Origin: an uncultured delta proteobacterium
GTDB lineage: Bacteria; Desulfobacterota; Desulfobacteria; Desulfobacterales; Desulfatirhabdiaceae
Assembly (NCBI GenBank): GCA_963789395.1
Contig: CAWBKP010000013.1
Location: 96,001 to 160,000, forward strand
Direction of reading: 5' to 3'
DNA: 64,000 bases
The position numbers were made by a program, and so were the translations under genes. Position 1 is the stretch's first letter, and each line of letters opens with the position of its first letter. Below are positions 45,679 through 56,543 of the stretch, piece by piece. The notes beneath the pieces were generated by a model that made no database searches, had not been told where the DNA came from, and saw only the letters and a list, made by a program, of their open reading frames with translations.

Positions 45679-47673
45679 ATGAGGTACGCAGAGACAGGGT
45701 TTAATTTGGAAGTGGATCTGACCCGCGGAAACATCGAGAGGGTGGCAACCGACCCCAAAGACACCGAGCTTTATCTGGGGGGACTGGGCACGAACGCCAA
45801 GATCATTTGGGACAGGGTTCCTCCTGAAGTTGAACCCTTTTCTCCGGACAATCTCCTCATATTCGGCGCCGGTCTGTTATGCGGCACACCGGCTACCGGC
45901 TGCAACCGCACGATTGTTACCACCATTTCTCCCCAGACCCAATTGATGGCATTTTCGATGATGGGGGGGTTTTTTGCCCCGGAATTGAAGTATGCCGGTT
46001 ATGACAAGGTGATCTTTCGCGGCAAATCCCCGGAGCTGGTGTATTTGTGGATAAACAATGACAAAGTGGAAATACGGGATGCCTCCCATTTGAAGGGCAA
46101 GGGGGCTGTTGAAACCGCGGAAATTATCAAAAAGGAGTTGAAGGAGCCCAAAGCCCAGGTGGCGGCCATCGGTTTGGCAGGTGAAAGCAGGGTCTTTTTT
46201 GCGTCCATCGAGCAGGGAAGATCCAGTGCCAGCCGGGGCGGATTGGGTGCGGTTATGGGCGACAAAGGCTTAAAGGCGATCGTTGTTCGCGGAACAAAGG
46301 ACATCAATCTTGCCCGGCCTGCTGAATTTATGGGGCTTTGCAACGAAGTCCTGGAATACATCAAATTCCGGAACGATAATCCGATTCCGGGTGTCATGCC
46401 CATTTTGGCCGGGCTCGGGTCACCGCAGGAGATGAAAGTCCATGATGAGAAGTGGCACACCGAAAATTTCATGTGGGGAAATTCCCGTACCCGCAGAAAA
46501 GATTTCTGGAGCCAAGAAATCGCAACGGAGTGGATGAATACCCTGGACAGTATGCGCAAGCGGCTGGTCAGTTGCTATAACTGCCCGATGACATGCGGCG
46601 CAACGATTCAGCCGCCGGGTCATCCCACCTACATGATGAAATGCTTTACGAAACTGACCTATACCATGGCGGCCATGTCGGACCTGGACTTCGGTTTAAA
46701 AATCGCGCAGCGTGCAACGGAATACGGCGTGGATGGATTCTCGGCCCCGCAGGTAATGGCGTTTGCCCTTGAACTTTATGAAAACGGCATATTAACGGAT
46801 GATGACTTTCCGGGAATGCCCGCCGACAGCGAGGGAAGATTTTACTGGCTGCTGGACAGAATCGTCCGGCGTGAAGGAATCGGCGATATTCTGGCCAATG
46901 GCACATATTGGGCGGCCAAAGAGATCGGTAAGGGCGCGGAAGCCTATGCGCACAATAATATCAAGAAACACGAGCAGCTGCCGCTCAAGCTGTCCATGCT
47001 GAATCCCATTTATTTTCTTATGTATTGTACGGGAGAAAAAATCAACATTACCCAGATTGAAGGGCAGTTCCCCCAGGCGCCTTTCCTGACGAGAGAGGAA
47101 AGAGAAGAATTTGTTAAGGATTGGTTCCAGGTGCCGGATGAAAAATTCAAGCAGTATTTTCTGGACTGGGAACTGCGCGGAGAAAAGTCCCTGCCCTTGT
47201 ACCCAACGGTTCAAATGTGTTGCGACATAGTAGACTGGCAGGAGCGGATGCACTACATTGATGATGCCCTCGGCATGTGCGCCGGGCTGTCTTCATTTCC
47301 CTTAAAACCGCCGTATCATATTCACAATTACCCGAAATTCATCTCATCAGGGGCGGGAATCGATATGGATGAAGACAAACTCACGCAGGCAACCAAGCGG
47401 TACCGGACGTTGGTCAGGGCCAACAATATCAGAAGGGGCATGCGCAGAAAAGACGAGAAGCCGCCGGAAGACCATTGGAAGAAAAGATTCCCCGAGCTTG
47501 AGAAGGAACTCCTGGATACGTATTACAAATTTAAAGGGTGGAATGATCAGGGTATTCCGACGAAAGCGTCCTTACATGAAATGGGTTTGGATTTTGTAAG
47601 GGAAGACTTTGAGAAGCGGGGGATTTTGACGGAGAGCGAAGAGGCTCCCACCGAAGAGACTCAGTCGAGATAA
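45679..47673 (+). CDS. bamB: Class II benzoyl-CoA reductase catalytic subunit (tungstopterin, AOR family)
   Basis: MRYAETG...YLGGLGTNAK, HDEKWHTENF, CYNCPMTC, MMKCFTKLTY and QIEGQFPQ are characteristic of BamB. Operon context agrees. Confidence 0.95.
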   Translation: MRYAETGFNLEVDLTRGNIERVATDPKDTELYLGGLGTNAKIIWDRVPPEVEPFSPDNLLIFGAGLLCGTPATGCNRTIVTTISPQTQLMAFSMMGGFFAPELKYAGYDKVIFRGKSPELVYLWINNDKVEIRDASHLKGKGAVETAEIIKKELKEPKAQVAAIGLAGESRVFFASIEQGRSSASRGGLGAVMGDKGLKAIVVRGTKDINLARPAEFMGLCNEVLEYIKFRNDNPIPGVMPILAGLGSPQEMKVHDEKWHTENFMWGNSRTRRKDFWSQEIATEWMNTLDSMRKRLVSCYNCPMTCGATIQPPGHPTYMMKCFTKLTYTMAAMSDLDFGLKIAQRATEYGVDGFSAPQVMAFALELYENGILTDDDFPGMPADSEGRFYWLLDRIVRREGIGDILANGTYWAAKEIGKGAEAYAHNNIKKHEQLPLKLSMLNPIYFLMYCTGEKINITQIEGQFPQAPFLTREEREEFVKDWFQVPDEKFKQYFLDWELRGEKSLPLYPTVQMCCDIVDWQERMHYIDDALGMCAGLSSFPLKPPYHIHNYPKFISSGAGIDMDEDKLTQATKRYRTLVRANNIRRGMRRKDEKPPEDHWKKRFPELEKELLDTYYKFKGWNDQGIPTKASLHEMGLDFVREDFEKRGILTESEEAPTEETQSR

Positions 47674-47700
47674 GAAAAGGAATTGAGAGAAGGAGAGGTG

Positions 47701-48243
47701 ATGACCGTGAAGGCTGAGAAAAAAAAGAAAATAATTAAGACCATAAAAATCAATGTCGATAAGTGCAACGGTTGCCGGGCATGCGAAATGATATGCTCCG
47801 CCTTTCACGCCGAGCCCAAATACAGCAGCAACAATCCGGCCAGATCCCGTATCCGGGTAATCCGTGAACCGCTCAGTGACATATATGTTCCGGTATACGC
47901 CGGGGAGTATGCGGTGGCCGAATGTGCCGGCAGAGACAAATACATGATTGATGGAAAGGAATACGAAGAGTGTGCATTCTGCAGGGCTTCCTGTCCATCC
48001 AGAAGCGAGTTCAAGGAACCCGATTCCGGCCTGCCTTTAAAATGCGATATGTGTGAAGGCGAAGAAGAGCCTTTGTGCGTGAAGTGGTGCACAGTTGATG
48101 CCCTGACTGTCGAAGAAAGGGAAGAGGAAGTAGAGGAAGAGGTGAAGATGGAGGACGTTGAGATCGGACTGGCATCAATGATAGACAAATATGGACTGCA
48201 GAAGGTAATGGACTCCGTTGCCCGAATGTCAAAGAAGGATTAA
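47701..48243 (+). CDS. bamC: Benzoyl-CoA reductase Fe-S subunit
   Basis: CNGCRACEMIC, CAFCRASC and KCDMC...CVKWC; follows bamB. Confidence 0.92.
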   Translation: MTVKAEKKKKIIKTIKINVDKCNGCRACEMICSAFHAEPKYSSNNPARSRIRVIREPLSDIYVPVYAGEYAVAECAGRDKYMIDGKEYEECAFCRASCPSRSEFKEPDSGLPLKCDMCEGEEEPLCVKWCTVDALTVEEREEEVEEEVKMEDVEIGLASMIDKYGLQKVMDSVARMSKKD

Positions 48244-48278
48244 ATCATCACTTCGAAATAAGAGGATTAATAAAGGCA

Positions 48279-49430
48279 GTGGAAACAGTCGCCCCCTTTA
48301 AAGAGGTAATAGAAGAGATAAAAGAAGCCGGTGGAGAAGCCTTCAAATATTGCTTCCAGTGCGGTTTGTGCGATACGGTTTGCCCGTGGAACCGGGTCAG
48401 ACAATTCAGTATTCGCAAAATAATCCGGCAGGCCACGTTCGGCTTGACCGAGATAGAAGGCGAAGATATTTGGCTTTGCACGACCTGCGGAAGATGCCCT
48501 CAGCGCTGTCCCAGAGGTGTCAAACAAATCGAAGTCGGGGTATCCCTGAGGCGGCTTGCCTCGAATTACGAGGTTTTCCCCGCATCCGTCCGTTCCGCCC
48601 GTACCGCAAGAGCCAGCCTCATTTCCGAAGGCAACCCCCTGCAGTTTGAACGAAACAAGCGGGCGGACTGGGCCAAGGATCTGTCTGTGAAAACGTTCGC
48701 CGAGGGGATGGAAGCACTCTATTTTGTCGGCTGTTACCTCAGCTTTGACCCCAGAATGAAAAAGGTCGCCACCGCCACGGCCAATATCCTTAAGAAAGCA
48801 GGGGTGAATTTCGGGATACTGGGCTCCAAGGAAAACTGCTGCGGGGAAAGCATCCGAAAGACGGGCAGCGAGGACGTATTCAAAAGCCTGGCCAGGGAAA
48901 ACATCAAGACGTTTATCGACAATGGGGTGAAGAAAATCATCGTTTCTTCGCCGCATTGCTATCACACCTTCAAAAACGAATATCCCGAATTCATGGTAAA
49001 CTTCGAGGTGGTTTTTATCTCCCAGTATTTATTTGAGTTGATTCATGCGGGAAGGCTTGAGATCACCAAGGCGTATGAAAAGAAAGTGGCGTATCATGAT
49101 CCCTGTTACCTGGGTCGTCATAACGACATCTACGACGAACCCCGGGACGTCTTAAAGAAAATACCCGGTCTGGAACTGATCGAGATGGCGGATTCTCGCA
49201 AGGATAGCCTCTGCTGCGGCGGGGGAGGCGGCAGGATCTGGATGGACACGCCAAAGAATGAACGGTTCTCGGATCTCAGAATCGAACAGGCCAATGCGGT
49301 CGGCGCCCAGGTGCTTGCTACTTCCTGCCCGTACTGCATCACCAATTTCGAGGAGAGCAGGTTAAACCTGGAGTATGGTGACGTCCTGGAGATTAAGGAC
49401 ATCACGGAAATAATCCAGGAAGTGATTTGA
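48279..49430 (+). CDS. bamD: HdrC/HdrD-like Fe-S, CCG-domain subunit
   Basis: CFQCGLC, CTTCGRC, CCG, YHDPCYLGR, CCGGGGG and CPYC. Confidence 0.9.
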   Translation: METVAPFKEVIEEIKEAGGEAFKYCFQCGLCDTVCPWNRVRQFSIRKIIRQATFGLTEIEGEDIWLCTTCGRCPQRCPRGVKQIEVGVSLRRLASNYEVFPASVRSARTARASLISEGNPLQFERNKRADWAKDLSVKTFAEGMEALYFVGCYLSFDPRMKKVATATANILKKAGVNFGILGSKENCCGESIRKTGSEDVFKSLARENIKTFIDNGVKKIIVSSPHCYHTFKNEYPEFMVNFEVVFISQYLFELIHAGRLEITKAYEKKVAYHDPCYLGRHNDIYDEPRDVLKKIPGLELIEMADSRKDSLCCGGGGGRIWMDTPKNERFSDLRIEQANAVGAQVLATSCPYCITNFEESRLNLEYGDVLEIKDITEIIQEVI

Positions 49431-49510
49431 AAAATAGTTTCAAGTGTTCGGTATCAAGCGCTTATATTAACGCCTGAAACCGATTGCACATACGGATGAG
49501 GTGATAGAAA

Positions 49511-52500
49511 ATGGAAAACGAAGTATTGCCAACAGAAGTCATTCAACAATTTTCCGCAACTCTTGGAGACAGTAATTTTGGCGATGTCATGGTTGTCGGT
49601 GGGGGCGTCAGCGGTATCCAGGCCTCTCTGGATCTTGCTACGGCCGGTTTCAAGGTTTACCTGGTTGAACAATCGCCGAGCATCGGCGGGCATATGGCCC
49701 AGCTGGACAAGACATTTCCGACCAATGACTGTTCCATGTGAATACTTTCACCCAAACTGGTCGAGGTCGGCCGGCATCCGAACATAGAAGTTCTGACATT
49801 TACCGAAGTTGACAGCGTGGAAGGCGAGGCGGGAGATTTCAAGGTAATCCTGACCAAAAAGCCCAGGTATATTATTGAGGAAAAGTGCACGGGGTGTACG
49901 ACCTGTGTAAAATACTGTCCGGTCCAGTATCCCGATCCGTTTAATCAAGAGCTCTCGCAGAATAAAGCGGTTCATGTGTATTTTTCCCAGGCGATTCCCC
50001 TTGTCGCGTATATTGATGAAAGCTGTCTTTACCTGAAAGAGAAGAAATGCCTTATTTGTGAAGCTGTCTGCAAAACAGGCGCCATTGATTTAAAACAAAC
50101 GAAAAAGAAGATGGAAGTCAATGTCGGGGCCATTATACTGTCTGCCGGTATCGAGCCGTATGATCCCAGGGTCAAAGATGAATTCGGCTATGGAAAGATG
50201 CAGAATGTGGTAACCAGTATGGATTATGAACGGCTGCTGTCCTCCACCGGGCCATACGGCGGTGTGGTGCTGCGGACTTCCAACAAGGCGCATCCCAAAA
50301 AACTGGCATGGATTCAATGTGTGGGCTCCAGGCGGGTTACCCCCGGTGACAACAGCTATTGTTCCGGCGTTTGCTGCACCTATACCCAGAAACAGGTGAT
50401 TTTGACAAAAGATCATGACGCGTCCGCGGAGTGTACGATATTTCATAACGATATCCGGTCATTCGGCAAGGATTTTGAGCGGTACTACCAAAGGGCGGAA
50501 AAACTTCCCGGAGTCCGGTTTATCAGAAGCTACGCCGCCATCGACCGGGAAATCCCGGAAAGCAAGAATGTGGTTGTCAGATACGCGACTGCCGACGATG
50601 GCGTTAAAGAAGAAGAATTCGATATGGTGGTATTATCCGTTGGTCTGAACCCACCCCTTAAATATAAGGGGCTGGCGGATAAGTTCGGAATTGATCTCAA
50701 TTCACACGGATTCAGCAAGGCGATTTCTTCCAATCCCATAGAGACGAACCGTCCGGGGATTTTTGTCAGCGGCGGCTTCCAGGGGCCTACGGATATCCCG
50801 GAGTCGGTGTTTACCGCCAGCGGAGCCGGTGCCCGGTGCGGCGAGCTGCTTGACTACCGGCGCGGAAATCTGGCCAAGGAAAGAATCTATCCGCCGGAAA
50901 GGGATGTTTCCGGGGAAGAGCCGAGAATCGGCGTCTTTGTGTGTCATTGCGGAGCCAATATATCAAGTGTTGTCAATGTTCCGTCTGCGGTCGAATATGC
51001 CCTGACCCTGCCGGGTGTCGTCTACGCTCAGGAACAGCTGTTTTCATGCGCGACAAATTCCGCCAAGCAAATAACCGACCTGGCAAAGGAAAAAGGGCTC
51101 AATCGCGTGGTGATCGCAGCCTGTTCCCCCAGGACGCTGGAGCCGTTATTCCGGGACACCCTCCGGGAGGCGGGGTTGAATCAATATTACTGCGAGATGG
51201 CCAATATCAGGGAGCATTGCTCCTGGGTCCATTCCAAGCAAAAAGAAGAGGCCACGGTAAAGGCGAAGGACATCATCCGGATGTCGGTGGCACGTACCCG
51301 GCATTTGGAGCCATTGCAGGAATTTGATCTGCCGGTGAACAAGACGGCGCTGGTTGTTGGCGGCGGTATTGCCGGCATGACCTGCGCCCTCTCTCTTGCC
51401 AGCCAGGGCCATGAGGTTCACCTGGTGGAAAAGGAGAAAGAACTGGGGGGGATGGCCCGAAGGATACACACCACCCTTGAAGGTTTGGATGTGCAATCCT
51501 ATTTGAAGGATGTGATCCGGGCGGTTTACAAGAACCCCCTGATCCACGTATCCCATGACGCTACCATCACGGACGTTTCCGGTTATGTGGGAAATTTCAT
51601 CACCACGGTGGAAGCCGAAGGCGCTGTCAAAAAGATAAAACATGGGGCATCCGTCATTGCGATCGGTGCGGATGTTTATCAACCCGTCGAATACCTTTAT
51701 GGCGAAAACGACCGGGTTTTCACCCACCTTGAGCTGGGGGAGCAGATCGCCAGGGGAGAAGAAAAAGTCATTCAGGCCGAAAGTCTGGTGATGATCCAGT
51801 GCGTGGGCTGCAGAAACGCGGACAGAAATTACTGCAGCAGGGTCTGCTGCAGCCATGCTGTAAAAAACGCCTTGAAACTGAAAGAAATAAACCCCGAGAT
51901 GGATATCCACATACTTTTTCGGGATATGAGAACGTACGGGTTCAGAGAGGATGCTTACCGGGAAGCATCGGAGAAACATGTGAAGTTCATCCGGTATGAA
52001 CCGGAGGACAGCCCCCAGGTGCAAGCCGTGACAGAAGGGGGAAGGTCTTTTCTGAGAGTGACCGTTCCGGATGCCATTTTGGGTCAGCGCCTTGAACTGG
52101 ACGCCGATATCCTCTCGCTGGCCGCAGCGGTCATTCCGTCTGCTTCGACCCGGGAAATTGCCGGGTTGTTCAAGGTGACGCTGAGCCCGGATGATTTCTT
52201 CAAGGAAGCCCATGTCAAACTGAAACCCGTCGAGTTTGCCACGGATGGCGTTTTCCTGTGTGGCATCGCACATTATCCCAAGCATATACCCGAGGCGATC
52301 AACCAGGCTTATGGCGCTGCCGGCCGGGTCATGACGCTTCTGTCAAAAGACACGGTCATTGCATCGGGTTCTGTTTGCGAGGTAACAGAGAGTGATTGCG
52401 TATCGTGCGGGGCATGTATTACGGCCTGCACGTATGGTGCAATCGATTTTATTGAAACGGAAAACGGCAGAAAGGCCTGGGTCAATCCCGTCCTCTGCAA

Positions 52501-52639
52501 GGGAGACGGGCTCTGTAACGCCAAATGCCCCACAAATGCGATTTATCTGAAGCATTTTAACAATGACGAGCTCTGCAGTCAGATTGACGCTGCGATTACG
52601 GAAGAAGAAATCATCCGGCAAATTGATGCGGCGGGGTAA
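49511..52639 (+). CDS. bamE: HdrA-like flavoprotein, probable selenoprotein (UGA at 49739-49741)
   Basis: [21 protein letters not shown] continues in frame into the 940-aa ORF. Two FAD-binding GGG motifs. Confidence 0.92.
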
Positions 52640-52699
52640 GATGTGCGAAGGCATATGAATGAACAAAGCCGGGATTACTAACAAAGGAGGTAAGAACGG

Positions 52700-53467
52700 A
52701 TGAGTACGGGTCTTGAATTTAAACCGAGAATATTGGGGTTTGTCTGCCATTGGTGAGCATATGGCGCTGCTGACCTTGCTGGAGTTTCCAGACTGCAATA
52801 TGCAAATGAAATGAGGCTGATTCGCGTCATGTGTTCCGGCAGAGTAGACCTGGACTTTATCCTCCGAGCCTTTTCGAACGGGCAGGACGGCGTGTTTATC
52901 GGCGGCTGCAAATTGGATGAATGCAACTACATCACGCATGGAAATTATGACGCATTGAGTGTCACCTATATCTGCAAGAAAATTATGGAACACATCGGCC
53001 TGAACCCGGAAAGACTGAGGATACAGTTTATGTCGGGAGCGGATGGAAACCTTCTGGCTGAAGTTGCAGATGAGTTTACCAAAAAGATCAAGGCCCTGGG
53101 GCCGCTCGGCAAAGGTGAAGGCATCGACGAAAAGGGCTTGAAGATCAAACTTGAAGCCGTTCGAAAATTAGTTCCCTATATCCGGCTGGTGGAAAGAGAG
53201 CGGCTGAGGATCCCGGTAAAATCGAAAGAAAGTTATCATGAATTTTTCACCAGCGACGTGTTTGACGGGCTGTTTAATGAATTGATCGCCAGCAAAATGG
53301 CCATAAGCCAGATCATGCTGCTCCTTCGGGAAAGGCCGCTTTCCACGGGCAACATCTCCGAGATGCTGGGTCTGAGTCCGTCTGAAATATCAAAACACAT
53401 GAATGTGTCATCAAGGCACGGATTTGTCAGGTACGATGAAAGCCGCAAGTGCTATGCGCTCGCTTAG
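52700..53467 (+). CDS. bamF: MvhD-like [2Fe-2S] subunit, probable selenoprotein (UGA at 52754-52756), with a C-terminal HTH-like extension
   Basis: AGGAGG RBS; MSTGLEFKPRILGFVCHW-UGA-AYGAADLAG...MCSGRVD, all in frame. Confidence 0.93.
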
Positions 53468-53531
53468 GGTGATCATGAGAGGCCAGATGCCCCCTGTAAA
53501 TAGAGGATTGAGGGAACAATAGATTAGGACA

Positions 53532-53990
53532 GTGTTTATGGATAACGATAGAATCGATCAAATCATTGAAAAACATCATGGAGAGGCCAGCTCACTGATT
53601 CAGGTATTACTGGAGATTCAGAGCGAATACAACTGGCTTCCCAAGGAGGCATTGGAGAGGGTCGGCGAAAAATTGAGTGTTCCGTTTACCCGGATACAGC
53701 ATATTGCCACCTTCTATAAAGCCTTCAGTCTGGTTCCCAAGGGACGCCACGGCATTCACATCTGTATGGGGACTGCCTGCCATGTTCGCGGTGCCAAGCG
53801 TGTTCTCGATACGGTGCAGGAAATGACTGGGATTAGCCCCGGCGAAACGGATCTGGACATGAAATTCAGCCTTGAAACGGTTAACTGCCTCGGCTGCTGT
53901 GCGTTGGGACCGGTTATGGAAATCAATGGGAAGACTTACGGTAAGATGGTGCCGGGCGCAACCGCGGACGTGTTAAAAAACTACGAGTAG
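53532..53990 (+). CDS. bamG: NuoE-like [2Fe-2S] subunit
   Basis: ATFYKAFS, CMGTACHVRG and CLGCCALGP. Confidence 0.9.
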   Translation: MFMDNDRIDQIIEKHHGEASSLIQVLLEIQSEYNWLPKEALERVGEKLSVPFTRIQHIATFYKAFSLVPKGRHGIHICMGTACHVRGAKRVLDTVQEMTGISPGETDLDMKFSLETVNCLGCCALGPVMEINGKTYGKMVPGATADVLKNYE

Positions 53991-53999
53991 GATAAAATT

Positions 54000-55927
54000 A
54001 TGTCGAGGATAAATTCACCAGCTGAATTGGAAGAATTCAGAAAGGGCGATCCTGTCGAAGCGGGATCCGGATAAACCCTGTATTACGCTTTGTTCGGGCT
54101 CTGCCTGCCATGCTTCGGGCAGCGGGGAAGTTGCCGAAAGCCTTGTCGCAGAGATAAAAAAACATGGCCTGAATGATAAAGTGGACATCAGACGGACCGG
54201 TTGCCACGGCTTTTGCGAAAGGGGCCCGATAATCGTTATTCACCCCGATGAAATTTGTTACTTCCAGATAAAGCCTGAGGACGTTCCGGAGATTATCTCT
54301 CAGACGATATTGAGAAGAAGGTCATCGAGCGGCTGCTTTATACCGACCCCGACTCCAAAGAGAAGATTATCCATGAATCGAAAATCCCCTTTTACGAAAA
54401 CCAGAACCGGCTTGTTTTTGGTTCCAACGGAAGCATCGATCCCAAGAGCATCGACGACTATCTGGCAATCGGCGGTTATTCCGCATTGGCCAAGGCGCTT
54501 TTCGAAATGAGCGCTGAAGAGGTATTGGGGGAAGTTAAGAAATCCAACCTCAGGGGCAGGGGAGGCGGCGGATTTCCCGCTGGGAGAAAATGGGAAGGGT
54601 CGAGAAATGCCCCGGAGCCGATTAAATATGTGATCGTTAACGCCGACGAGGGAGACCCGGGCGCTTATATGGACAGAGCGCTCCTTGAAGGAAATCCGCA
54701 TGCAATCCTCGAAGGGCTGACTCTCGGCGCCTACGCCATCGGCGCCCACGAAGGCTATATATACGTTCGCCAGGAATACCCCCTGGCGGTTGAGAATGTG
54801 AACATCGCGATCAAGCAGGCCGAGGCGTACGGGTTTTTGGGCAAAGACATCCTGGGTTCCGGTTTTGATTTCAAGGTGATCGTGCACCAGGGGGCCGGCG
54901 CTTTCGTCTGCGGGGAATCCACGGCGCTGATGACGGCGTTGGAAGGCAGGGCCGGAGAGCCCAGACCGAAATATGTCCGCTCCAACATCGTGGGCCTTTG
55001 GGGCAGACCCAGCGTACTGAACAATGTTGAGACCTGGGCGAATGTGCCGCTGATCATCAATAAAGGCGCGGACTGGTTTACGCAATTCGGGACCGAAGGG
55101 AGCAAGGGCACGAAGATTTTCTCCCTGGTCGGCAAGATCACCAATACCGGCCTTGTGGAAGTCCCCATGGGCACGCAGCTGAGAGATATCATCTTCAAGA
55201 TCGGCGGCGGCATCCCGGGGGAGAGAAATTCAAGGCCGTCCAGACCGGTGGGCCGTCCGGCGGATGCATTCCCGAGGACATGCTGGATCTGGAAGTGGGT
55301 TTTGATGAACTCACCCAGGCAGGCTCCATGATGGGTTCCGGCGGAATGATCGTCATGGATGAAGATACCTGCATGGTGGATGTATCCCGGTACTTCATCG
55401 AATTTCTCACGGATGAATCGTGCGGCAAATGCACCCCGTGCCGTGAAGGCTTGCGGCAGATGCTCAAGATTCTCACGAACATCACCGAAGGAAAGGGAAA
55501 AGAAGGCGATATCGAGCTCTTGGAGGCACTGTCCGAAACAGCCATTGAAGCGTCCCTTTGTGCTCTGGGGAAAAGCGCCCCGAATCCTTTTTTAAGCACG
55601 CTGCGCTACTTCAGGCAGGAGTATGAAGCGCACATCAAGGAGAAGCGGTGCCCGGCTTTGTCCTGCAAGGAACTGATCGCGTTCCATATTGACCCGGTCA
55701 AGTGTCAGGCCTGCATGATTTGCGCAAAGAAGTGCCCAGCAGGAGCAATTGTCGGCGGCAAGAACAGGATACATGTCGTTGACCAGGAAAAATGCACAAA
55801 GTGCGGAACATGCTTTGAAGCCTGCCCGCCTCGTTTTGGTGCGGTGACGAAAATTTCCGGCGTGCCTGTTCCATCTCCTATCCCTGAAGAAGATAGAATT
55901 ATAACCCGAAAGGGCAAAGAAAAATGA
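54000..55927 (+). CDS. bamH: NuoF-like FMN/NADH subunit (frameshifts near 54045, 54312 and 55222)
   Basis: CSGSAC, GCHGFCERGP, LRGRGGGGF, NADEGDPG, GAGAFVCGE, ESCGKCTPCREG and two ferredoxin motifs, spread across frames. Confidence 0.9.
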
Positions 55928-56538
55928 GTGAAATCCTTTTACAGATTGACGGCAATGAAGTTAAAGCACGGGAAGGGATGACCGTTCTGGAGGCGGCCCG
56001 AAGTGCGGGGATCGTCATCCCCACACTTTGTCACCATGAAAAGCTGGAGCCTTTCGGAGGGTGCCGCCTTTGCATCGTTGAGGTGGATGATCGCGGTTGG
56101 ACAAAACTCGTTGTTTCCTGCGTATATCCGGTTGAAAAAAATCTGGTCGTCAGAACCCGATCCGAGAAGGTGGATCGAATCCGCAAAATGATTCTGGAGC
56201 TGTTGATGGCCCATGCTCCCGATGCCTTCGAATTGGTGGAGTTGGCCAAAGAGTATGGCGCAGACAGAGACCGTTTTGAAAAAGAAGCCTCATTTTGCAT
56301 TCATTGCGGGCTGTGTGTCAGATACTGCGCCGAGGTCAAGAAAAAGAACGCTGTCGGATTTGTGGACAGAGGCATCCGGAAAGAGATCAGCTTCATTCCG
56401 GAAATCGCCGCCAAGGAGTGCTGGAATTGCAAGGAATGTTTTCCGCTTTGCCCGACCGAAGCGCTTCAGGCTGCTTTTGTGTTGACCCAGGCCTTGTTTT
56501 CCCCCTTGCCTTCGGCCAAATCCGCATCAGAGGAATAA
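55924..56538 (+). CDS. bamI: NuoG N-terminal-like Fe-S subunit
   Basis: IPTLCHH, GGCRLC, CIHCGLCVRYC and CWNCKEC. Confidence 0.9.
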   Translation: MSEILLQIDGNEVKAREGMTVLEAARSAGIVIPTLCHHEKLEPFGGCRLCIVEVDDRGWTKLVVSCVYPVEKNLVVRTRSEKVDRIRKMILELLMAHAPDAFELVELAKEYGADRDRFEKEASFCIHCGLCVRYCAEVKKKNAVGFVDRGIRKEISFIPEIAAKECWNCKECFPLCPTEALQAAFVLTQALFSPLPSAKSASEE

Positions 56539-56543
56539 GAGAG

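Noticed and set aside
49511..49741. Separate 76-aa gene, or a bamE pseudogene
   Set aside because: The stop is a single in-frame TGA at a conserved Cys position with a downstream hairpin, which fits selenocysteine better.
51146..52285. 379-aa minus-strand ORF, and similar shadows at 5417-6226 and 54300-55085
   Set aside because: These lie antisense to well-supported genes and show no independent evidence.
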